DNA of 32,000 nt from Massilicoli timonensis (GCF_900199515.1 NZ_LT963434.1:1682180-1714179), one strand, 5' to 3'; counted from the first letter of the stretch, positions 15,735-22,816 are shown. Numbers and translations are program-made. Notes: generated by a model from the letters alone, not told the origin.

Positions 15735-16244
15735 TTGAAAGACAATACAGCTATCTATCCTTATTCTGCGTCTTATGCGCGTGAGCATGGGGAGTTGGAT
15801 CAGTACCGCGTTTCCTATAGAGCCAATATCGCCTGCAAGGAGGCAATCGAGCAGGCCATTGCCGCTCACTACCATGATAACCGCCTCGGCACGGAGGCAG
15901 TACATCAGGTCTTGGAACAGTTTGGTTATGACCGGATGTTTTATGTGCTTGCGGTCACAGTCCGGCAAAAAGATTGGGACGGGCGCATTTCCCGTGATAA
16001 TAAAGCCTGGGCGAAAACGATTCCGGTTTATGAAAATCCGGGCAGCTCTGTCCGTGACAGTAATATTTACTTTGTGGTGGACCGCAGCCACCCAGGGCTT
16101 ACGGATTTATTTCTCACACAGGCCAGACGGGAGTATGCACAGGCCCAGGAGAAGAAAACTTCTGTCCGTGACAGTCTGAACAGGGGCAGCAGGCAGAAGG
16201 CGTACAGCGATAAACCGAAACCGCACAGACAGCCGGAACGATGA
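15735..16244 (+). CDS. DUF3849-like protein (from memory) carrying the shared C-terminal tail.
   Basis: The TTG start at 15735 lies 7 nt after GGAGG (15723-15727). Sequence begins IYPYSASYAREHGELDQYRVSYRANIACKEAIEQAI... Confidence 0.65.
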   Translation: MKDNTAIYPYSASYAREHGELDQYRVSYRANIACKEAIEQAIAAHYHDNRLGTEAVHQVLEQFGYDRMFYVLAVTVRQKDWDGRISRDNKAWAKTIPVYENPGSSVRDSNIYFVVDRSHPGLTDLFLTQARREYAQAQEKKTSVRDSLNRGSRQKAYSDKPKPHRQPER

Positions 16245-16274
16245 CCGTTGAAATTTGATTAAGGGGGTGATGGG

Positions 16275-17684
16275 ATGGCGACCACACGGCTGATGCCACT
16301 GCATATTGGAAAAGGCCGGGATATTTCCACGGCCATTGCAGACGTCATTGATTATGTGGAAAATCCGCAGAAAACGGATTTTGGAAAATTCATTTATGGG
16401 TATGAGTGCGATACCAGGATTGCGGATGCGGAATTTCTTCTTTCCAAGCGACAGTATTTTAACCAGACCGGAAGGAGTCAGGGCGCGGACGATGTGATTG
16501 CCTACCATCTCCGGCAGGCGTTCAAACCCGGCGAGGTCACGCCGGAAGAAGCGAATCAGATTGGGCGGGAGCTTGCGTTGAAGCTCACAAAAGGCAATCA
16601 CGCATTTGTCGTCTGCACCCATATCGATAAACACCATGTTCATAACCACATCATAATCAATTCTACGACGCTGGACTGTCAGAAGAAATTCCGCAACTTC
16701 TGGGGCTCCACCTGGGCAATCCGGCGCATGAATGACAAGCTCTGTCTGGAACATGGCTTATCGATTGTAGAGGACCCGAAACCGAGCCGGACCCACTATG
16801 GCACATGGCTGGGCAGTGAAAACCAACCCTCCTTCCAGGAGCAGATACGCCGGGCAATCGACGCGGCCATGGAAGAAAAGCCGAAGGATTTTGAAGAACT
16901 TTTGAAAAAGCTGGAAGCTGTCGGTATTGAAATTAACCGGGAACGAAAGCATCTCCGTTTCCGTGTACCGGGTCAGGAGAAATATACCCGGTGCGATACG
17001 CTCAAAGGAGATTATACCGAGCAGGCCATAAAAGAACGGATTGCCGGAACCCGTACTGTAAAGCCCCGGCGTACTGCTCCCACAAAACCGGTTTCCAAAG
17101 TCGGTCTGCTGGTGGATATTGAGGCGGCAATCCGGGCCGGCAAAGGTCCGGGATATGAACGCTGGGCGAAGGTGTTTAATCTGAAACAGCTATCCCAGGC
17201 GGTAATCTATCTCAAAGAGCATGGCAATATGAGTTATGAGGATTTGCAGGAAAGAACATCTGCGGTTACTGACCGTTTTAACGCACTGTCCACACAGATT
17301 AAAGACATGGAATCACGGATGACGGCCAACGGCGAATTGCAGAAACAGATCGTGAACTATGTGAAAACACGGGCGGTCTATATCGAATACCGCAAGGCCG
17401 GTTACAGCAAAAAATTCCGTTCTGAGCACGAGGCGGAAATCCTTCTGCACCAGGCGGCTAAGAAGCATTTTGACAGCCTGGGAATTACAAAGCTGCCCTC
17501 AGTCAAGTCCTTACGGGAGGAATATGCCGGACTTCTGGAACAGAAGCGGAAAACCTATGCTGCCTATAAGCAGGCCAGAGCAGAAATGAAGGAACTTCAT
17601 AATGTCAAGGCCAATGTGGATTATCTTCTGGAATTTCCCGCCGGACAGGAACCACAGCGGGATATGCAGAAATCGCGACAATAG
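16275..17684 (+). CDS. Relaxase / mobilisation nuclease (MobA/VirD2 family).
   Basis: An N-terminal relaxase domain with THIDKHHVHNHIIIN (histidine triad) and a long helical C-terminal region. Confidence 0.9.
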   Translation: MATTRLMPLHIGKGRDISTAIADVIDYVENPQKTDFGKFIYGYECDTRIADAEFLLSKRQYFNQTGRSQGADDVIAYHLRQAFKPGEVTPEEANQIGRELALKLTKGNHAFVVCTHIDKHHVHNHIIINSTTLDCQKKFRNFWGSTWAIRRMNDKLCLEHGLSIVEDPKPSRTHYGTWLGSENQPSFQEQIRRAIDAAMEEKPKDFEELLKKLEAVGIEINRERKHLRFRVPGQEKYTRCDTLKGDYTEQAIKERIAGTRTVKPRRTAPTKPVSKVGLLVDIEAAIRAGKGPGYERWAKVFNLKQLSQAVIYLKEHGNMSYEDLQERTSAVTDRFNALSTQIKDMESRMTANGELQKQIVNYVKTRAVYIEYRKAGYSKKFRSEHEAEILLHQAAKKHFDSLGITKLPSVKSLREEYAGLLEQKRKTYAAYKQARAEMKELHNVKANVDYLLEFPAGQEPQRDMQKSRQ

Positions 17685-17706
17685 TTTCCTTCTGCTTTCG
17701 GTTTCA

Positions 17707-17841
17707 GCGTTCCAGCGGAACGCGCAGCCATCGCCGCAGGCGATGATCTCAGGGGTTTGGGGATATGTCACCAACAAGCATTTTAGGCAGGAATACCGGG
17801 AACGGTTTCCTGCCTAAAATACGCAATCTTACGGAAGATTG
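17707..17841. other. Cluster of four perfect hairpins immediately after the relaxase gene. It could be oriT, an element end, or a terminator stack.
   Basis: The four hairpins are: gcgttcc-agc-ggaacgc (17707-17723); catcgcc-gca-ggcgatg (17729-17745); ttttaggcaggaa-N13-ttcctgcctaaaa (13 bp, ~17780-17819); gcaatctt-acgg-aagattgc (~17822-17841). Confidence 0.5.
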
Positions 17842-17907
17842 CATTGCTTGCCGGTAGTATCGTGAATTCCTAATAACCAGTTTGTACTCATTGTTTTTAT
17901 TGCGCCA

Positions 17908-17955
17908 TTGACAAGAGTCCCATTTGAGACTATACTTGAAAAGTACCAAATGGGA
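17908..17955 (+). promoter_or_regulatory. MarR-gene promoter (TTGACA-17 nt-TATACT) overlapped by a 9-bp inverted repeat (putative MarR operator).
   Basis: -35 is at 17908-17913 and -10 at 17931-17936. The inverted repeat tcccatttg (17918-17926) / caaatggga (17947-17955) brackets the -10. Confidence 0.6.
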
Positions 17956-18053
17956 TTCTTTGTGAAGATAATGAGCAACTACTTTCTATTGTCTTTGTAA
18001 ATTCAATTTGGTCTGTATCTATATTGGATTACCTATTTTGAAGGAGAAGCTTT

Positions 18054-18518
18054 ATGAGGCATACAGCCAAAGAACAAATTGAAACCATCTATCGCCAGAT
18101 CAATGCGATATCCGCCCTTTACCATACCGCTATCGCTCATACGGAAGTCACCGATAACGAATTTTGGATATGGTATTCCCTAATCGTTGTGGAGGGCGAG
18201 CAATCTCAGCAGAGTATATGTTCTGCATGGTCTCTTTCAAAGCAGACCGTAAACAGAATTGTTTCCCAAATGGTTAAAAAAGGTTATGCGGTTTTGGAAG
18301 CGGTTCCCGGCACACGTAACCGAAAAGTAATCCGGCTTACAGATACAGGAAGAAAGTACGGTGAAAGTATTGTTCTTCCAATTTTTACGGCGGAACAAAG
18401 AGCTATGTCCAGGCTAAGCATGGACGAAATAACAGCCTGTACGAAAGCTTATGAAAAATATCTTAGCATTTTAAAAGAAGAAATCCCCGGAGCAGATATT
18501 GACCCGCTTAAACCTTAA
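18054..18518 (+). CDS. MarR-family transcriptional regulator.
   Basis: Winged-helix region QQSICSAWSLSKQTVNRIVSQMVKKGYAVLEAVPGTRNRKVIRLTDTGRKY. A GAAGGAGAAG RBS is present. Confidence 0.85.
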   Translation: MRHTAKEQIETIYRQINAISALYHTAIAHTEVTDNEFWIWYSLIVVEGEQSQQSICSAWSLSKQTVNRIVSQMVKKGYAVLEAVPGTRNRKVIRLTDTGRKYGESIVLPIFTAEQRAMSRLSMDEITACTKAYEKYLSILKEEIPGADIDPLKP

Positions 18519-20655
18519 AGGAAAACGATAGGAGGGCCTTATGATTAACATACTTGTAGTGGAAGATGACGAAAAATTGAACCAGATTATCTGTACCTAT
18601 CTTACGAAAAATAATTATAATGCGAAAGGCTGCTGTAACCCTGTGGAGGCGTATGACCTGCTTTTTGCAGAAAGCTATGACCTGATTATTTCCGATATTA
18701 TGATGCCGAAGATTAACGGGTTCGATTTTGCTAGCGAAATCCGTCAACAGAATCCGAATGTGCCAATTCTGTTTATTACAGCATTGGATGATCTTTCTTC
18801 TAAACAAAAAGGGTTTTATGCTGGAGTAGATGACTATATGGTAAATGCTATAGTAATCTAAATCACACATTGGCGGCATATACGACACCACCGGCAACAG
18901 GGGTTCTTCCTCTATGTACCCGGCTGCGCCGAGTACGTCGGAATAATCCTCCGTGGCGCAGCCTTTGATATATACCTGGCATTTCTGTTTGGTGCCATCA
19001 GTAGTAATATAAATTCGGTCAACAATCGAATGAACTAAAGTAAACAGAGCTTCAGGCTGTGCGTCCTTTGCAAACTCCTCAAAGGACAGCAGCCTTTTTT
19101 TCATGCCATTCAGTTCATGGACGAGATACTGATTTTCAGATTGAGTATCCTCCATTCGGCGCAGCGCAGCTTCGCACTTTGCCAGCTCGTCCGTCAATTC
19201 CTTTATATCATCCTGGATGAAGCGTTTAAGGGCGTCATCTGCCTCACGCAGATTTCGTACCTGTGCGGCAATATCCGCATTTAAGCGTTCAATAGCCTTT
19301 TTGGTTTCCTGGTACTCTTTCTCGCTTTGGTCAGTACGGATCATGCTGGCAACCCTGTTCTCCAAAAGTTGCCGGTAATAGTCGGAATGTTCTTCTTGCA
19401 GGCTGGAGAGTGAGTGGATAACAAATTCATCAAGCGTTACACCCTCAACCCCTTTGAAGGTACATTCCTTTGCCCTCACCCCAGGGCAGGCATACTTGAA
19501 GCGGGGCTTGCCATTCGTCCAGCGATTGGATTCTGGCAGTACACGCAGCCGTTTTCCGCAAATAGGGCAATACATTAAGCCGGACAACAAAGCATTGGTT
19601 TTTCTATGGGGCCGGTTATACTTTTCTGCAATCTCATCCAGCATATTTTGTGTTTCCACCCATTTCCGGGAGCTGATAAATCCCTCATGGCGACCCACAG
19701 AAACAATCCATTCACTAATGGGTTTCCTGGTAAGAAGCTGTGAGAATTTGGGATTGAAAAAGGTGGAATCCTCATCCTCAACTTTCATCTGGTCGGTCTT
19801 ATTATAAGCAGTAAGCCCATGCTGACCATCAAAGTCGGACGGTTCTCCAAACAGGTTCCCGTCATGCTCCAGAAAATAGTTGTAGGAATATTCATCTGCC
19901 ACGCAGTAGATTGGATTCCGCAGAATCAGCCGGATGGTGGATGTGGTAAACTTCGCGCCATGCTTCGTTTCATATTTCTCACTGATGATATTTGCCGTCT
20001 GCAAGAGAGAACGTGTCTCCCAGAAGGTGCTGTAGATTTCCAATACAATCTCTTTTTCTTCCTGCACAGGGACGAGAAAGCTAATGGCACTCTTATTTTT
20101 TCCACTTCCCGTTGTCACACGTTGGGAAGAAAAGCCGGTCGGTGTTTTGCCTCCCAGCCAGCGCCCATCTTTTGCCAGCTCCATCAAGTTATCCTGGATA
20201 CGTTCAGTTAGAATATCGCGTTCAAATTCTGCGATAATGGCCAGCACCTGGATGATGATTTTGGATGTGCTGATCCGCGTATTGATATTGTTGGAGCAGA
20301 CCAAAAGCGTCACATCGTGACGCTCAAAGTATTCCAGAAGCCGCATGAGGTCGGAAGTTTTACGGCTGATTCGGTCTAATTTGTAACAGGCCACAGCCTT
20401 GATTTTCCCCATCTCAATGTCCCGGAGTAGCCTTTGAAAATCTGGGCGGTCGGAATAGTAACCACTTAAGCCTTTGTCCTCATACCGGGCAAATTCGTAA
20501 TCTTCCGATAGAGAAAGCTGGTTGATAGCATAGTCGGCACTTTGCTTAAACTGAACACCAATGCTATCTCCCTTATTTGTAATGCGGGATTTTCTCGCAT
20601 ATATGGCCACCAATCTATCATCAATTCCCATCTGGATTCTTGCTTTGCGTTTCAT
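18508..20655 (-). CDS. Large serine recombinase. The ORF runs past the element junction (~18846) to a stop at 18508.
   Basis: Resolvase-type N-terminus (VAIYARKSRITNKGDSIGVQ...ISRKTSDLMRLLEYF), recombinase domain, zinc ribbon (CPICGKRL...YACPG) and coiled-coil. AAGGAGG lies 10 nt before the ATG at 20655. The last ~112 codons are antisense to the response-regulator fragment. Confidence 0.85.
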   Translation of the reverse strand: MKRKARIQMGIDDRLVAIYARKSRITNKGDSIGVQFKQSADYAINQLSLSEDYEFARYEDKGLSGYYSDRPDFQRLLRDIEMGKIKAVACYKLDRISRKTSDLMRLLEYFERHDVTLLVCSNNINTRISTSKIIIQVLAIIAEFERDILTERIQDNLMELAKDGRWLGGKTPTGFSSQRVTTGSGKNKSAISFLVPVQEEKEIVLEIYSTFWETRSLLQTANIISEKYETKHGAKFTTSTIRLILRNPIYCVADEYSYNYFLEHDGNLFGEPSDFDGQHGLTAYNKTDQMKVEDEDSTFFNPKFSQLLTRKPISEWIVSVGRHEGFISSRKWVETQNMLDEIAEKYNRPHRKTNALLSGLMYCPICGKRLRVLPESNRWTNGKPRFKYACPGVRAKECTFKGVEGVTLDEFVIHSLSSLQEEHSDYYRQLLENRVASMIRTDQSEKEYQETKKAIERLNADIAAQVRNLREADDALKRFIQDDIKELTDELAKCEAALRRMEDTQSENQYLVHELNGMKKRLLSFEEFAKDAQPEALFTLVHSIVDRIYITTDGTKQKCQVYIKGCATEDYSDVLGAAGYIEEEPLLPVVSYMPPMCDLDYYSIYHIVIYSSIKPFLFRRKIIQCCNKQNWHIRILLTDFASKIEPVNLRHHNIGNNQVIAFCKKQVIRLHRVTAAFRIIIIFRKIGTDNLVQFFVIFHYKYVNHKALLSFSFKV
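18541..18861 (+). pseudogene. OmpR-type response regulator truncated after the receiver domain (3' part displaced by element insertion).
   Basis: The receiver is intact up to GVDDYMV, then reads NAIVI-stop where family members continue KP[FI].... No DNA-binding domain follows. The recombinase-bearing element starts at ~18846. Confidence 0.75.
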
Positions 20656-20722
20656 ATTCAAATATCCTCCTTTCCAGGACGGTGAGAAAACCGCCCTTTT
20701 CTCCATTATTATAGGAACGTCC

Positions 20723-20908
20723 TCATTTTTGCTCAAAGGTGCGATTATCTTCTTTCAATGTAGAAAGCAATGCTTTTAATTCTTCTGCGCTAAAGTCCCT
20801 CAATTCACGAACGAGGAACTCGGCGCGTTTTTCAGCGAACTGGCGCAGGGATTGCTCGCTGTCTTTCCCGGTATGGAATACGATCTCCATAGGCTGCCCC
20901 CTACTCAT
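20723..20908 (-). CDS. Small helical protein (61 aa) between the MazF-like gene and the recombinase. It could be an antitoxin or a recombination directionality factor.
   Basis: Its ATG overlaps the MazF-like stop (ATGA at 20905-20908). Sequence: MSRGQPMEIVFHTGKDSEQSLRQFAEKRAEFLVRELRDFSAEELKALLSTLKEDNRTFEQK. I do not recognise a family. Confidence 0.5.
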   Translation of the reverse strand: MSRGQPMEIVFHTGKDSEQSLRQFAEKRAEFLVRELRDFSAEELKALLSTLKEDNRTFEQK

Positions 20909-21429
20909 TGGTGCCTCTTGACCACTTCATAGTCAAAACCGGGCCGCTGGCCGCAGTAAGTGCAGATGTCCTTTTCCACCCGGCCAGGGTGAACCCTGCG
21001 CAAATAATAAGAGCCTGTGCCGTAGAAGTTGTTGGCACAGGCCGGACAAAGGCACATGATTAAATTTGGGGGTGTTTCTTCGATCAATCCCACGCTGACA
21101 GCCAGGGCGCGGTTGAGCCGGCGAATATGCTGTTCCTCCAGATGTCCGATGTACGTTTCCAGCCGCCTTTTATCAATGGTGCGGAGCTGCTCCATCAGCA
21201 CCAGAGAAGGCAGCTCCAGGCCGTTCTCTGCTTTGAGAAGGTAATGGGTAGGCAGCTTGGCCTTGGCGTCCACTTTGCTGGATATGGCTGCCACAATGAC
21301 CGTGGGGCTGTGCTTGTTTCCAGTATCATTCTGAATAATCAGGACCGGGCGATAACCTTCCTGCTCGGAGCCGATTCCCCGGCCCAAATCGGCATAGTAC
21401 ATATCGCCGCGATGATATGTTCTGTTCAT
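20905..21429 (-). CDS. PemK/MazF-family endoribonuclease toxin domain fused to a C-terminal CxxC...CxxC zinc-ribbon extension.
   Basis: The N-terminal ~115 aa closely resemble MazF/EndoA (RGDMYYADLGRGIGSEQEGYRPVLIIQNDTGNKHSPTVIVAAISSK...LPTHY...LMEQLRTIDKRRL). An extra ~55 aa follow: CLCPACANNF...CTYCGQRPGFDY. A GGGAGG RBS is present. Confidence 0.8.
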   Translation of the reverse strand: MNRTYHRGDMYYADLGRGIGSEQEGYRPVLIIQNDTGNKHSPTVIVAAISSKVDAKAKLPTHYLLKAENGLELPSLVLMEQLRTIDKRRLETYIGHLEEQHIRRLNRALAVSVGLIEETPPNLIMCLCPACANNFYGTGSYYLRRVHPGRVEKDICTYCGQRPGFDYEVVKRHQ

Positions 21430-21987
21430 GCTTTATGACCTCCCTTTGAAATGCAGGCGGCTGCTGCCGCCTATGTAGAACCGGACAGCAGAACAGAATG
21501 AAGACCGGGGAGAGATAAAACAATCCTCTTGTTTTCATTGGCCCGTCCTGCTGTACGGCTCATATTTCAAAGCGTTCCTATTTGTCCTCGACACCCCGGA
21601 ACACTGCGGGAAGTCATCAAACGGCTGGCAGCTCACCAGCTCCACGGGGAATCTCACCCCTCGCGTGGTTCTCACGCAACCGCCCCCATTGCCTGCGACG
21701 GATCACGGCAGCAAACCGCTTCAACGCTCGGACGTTAGGCTGGACGGGAGTATCGCTCCGCTGCTGGTCATGGCCGTACCGGGAGCCGCCCGGTACTGGC
21801 AGCCTGCTGTTTCTCGCTCCTTGCTGGGAAGAACAAACCAAAGACCTACAATTTCTTTTTTCGGTGGTGTCTCGTTGTTTTCTCCCGGCAGATCACCGCG
21901 CAGCCGCTACCTGGGCTTTGGCTTTCGCCAAAACAGCGGGAATGTGCTTGATGAATGGGTATGCAGTTTTCAAGGTGCCGTGAGGCC

Positions 21988-22032
21988 ATAAAAAGAACCT
22001 CTCACCCTATTTGCCGTTGAGGGTGAGAGGTT
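21988..22032 (-). terminator. Rho-independent terminator of sigma copy 1.
   Basis: aacctctcaccc (21996-22007) pairs with gggtgagaggtt (22021-22032), a perfect 12 bp. On the minus strand it is followed by ctttttat. Confidence 0.85.
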
Positions 22033-22041
22033 GCACAACGA

Positions 22042-22491
22042 TTATTCCAAAATTTTTTTAAGTTTTTTGAGGGCCTTCATTTTCCGAACATGAACAGCAT
22101 TGCGGTACACGCCAAGCTCGTCTGCATATTGCCGTTCTGTCTTTTCCTCAAAGAACAGCGCTTGGATCAGCGCACGTTCTTCTGGGGTAAGCAGGGAAAG
22201 CGCGGTATGTAGCCTGTCCACTTCCAGCTTGTGAAGCACCACGCTCTCCACGCTTTCCTGCTCATCAGAGAATTGCTGGGCATTTTCATCCACCAGCCGA
22301 TCCAAAGAATCTTCGCGGCTTGGGATGATCTGCACCACTTGGCCCTCCTTTCCGAGAACGAACCGCTCGGTTTTCAAATCGTTCTCAAAATAGCGCATTT
22401 TCCGGTCGCCCTGCATATAGGCCCGGTACACTTCATCCGTAACCTCAACATATTGGCCGCGAATCCATATTCTTTTTTTATCAGCGTCCAC
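22042..22491 (-). CDS. Sigma-70-family RNA polymerase sigma factor (small, conjugative-transposon type), copy 1.
   Basis: Region-4 HTH TERQYADELGVYRNAVHVRKMKALKKL and LTPEERALIQALFFEE. The GTG start lies 9 nt after GGAGG. It is 149 aa with only a few substitutions and a divergent C-terminus relative to the copy at 29042-29494. Confidence 0.8.
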   Translation of the reverse strand: MDADKKRIWIRGQYVEVTDEVYRAYMQGDRKMRYFENDLKTERFVLGKEGQVVQIIPSREDSLDRLVDENAQQFSDEQESVESVVLHKLEVDRLHTALSLLTPEERALIQALFFEEKTERQYADELGVYRNAVHVRKMKALKKLKKILE

Positions 22492-22682
22492 GCTGTTTTA
22501 CCTCCGATCAGTCTGAATTGCGAGAAATTCAGACTGGTCGGGCGGCCCCCTACAACGTGGGAATGGGGTTCCTCTATATTGAAAAACGCACCTGCAGAAT
22601 GGGACAACAGCCCCAACAGCAAGTGCGTTTCCTTTTAGTTCGTGTAAATCATGGCATGATGGTTCAGTATGAAAGGCGTAAA
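22074..22682. repeat. Direct repeat copy 1 (~610 bp: most of the sigma gene plus ~190 nt of leader).
   Basis: It aligns by eye to 29077-29687 with roughly 25 substitutions and one 3-nt indel (about 95% identity). Confidence 0.85.
22509..22630 (-). promoter_or_regulatory. Structured leader of sigma copy 1: a terminator-like hairpin followed by an RBS-proximal hairpin.
   Basis: On the minus strand: aaacgcacttgc...gcaggtgcgttt (22630-22584, 12 bp with one G-U pair) followed by tt-c. Then cagtctgaatt-tctcgc-aattcagactg (22536-22509, perfect 11 bp), ending 3 nt before the GGAGG RBS. Confidence 0.55.
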
Positions 22683-22816
22683 GCCACGGTGAACAGCAAG
22701 CGATTTTTTGACAGCCTGCGCTCTGTCGCATTATGTCGAAACGCTTTTTCCTCCATGGCGGCTCCCTCCGTAAGCCGCCGATCCCGCCAGCGTCAGGGCG
22801 TCGTCAGTATGAGGGC

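Larger units (their letters stand above)
1..17845 (+). mobile_element. Conjugative element (ICE / conjugative transposon), transfer-maintenance part. It is open at the left window edge and the right limit is inferred.
   Basis: Co-directional block with adhesin and sortase, topoisomerase III, Cys-rich VLP protein, MobC and a MobA/VirD2 relaxase. There is a sharp drop in GC by eye after ~17845, just past a cluster of perfect hairpins. Confidence 0.6.

Noticed and set aside
15295-16274. A search for a classical oriT (inverted repeat plus nick consensus) directly upstream of mobC or the relaxase.
   Set aside because: Only 5-bp inverted repeats are present at 15295-15385, and the 16245-16274 spacer is just an RBS region. 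I could not recognise any nick-site consensus, so no oriT is called there.
21582-21991. Overlapping ORFs of 69-133 aa on both strands (21529-21738, 21582-21983, 21665-21991, 21617-21841).
   Set aside because: They mutually overlap, are rich in Arg, Pro, Gly and Ser, and have no RBS. They are treated as non-coding, and the region is reported as an unexplained gap instead.
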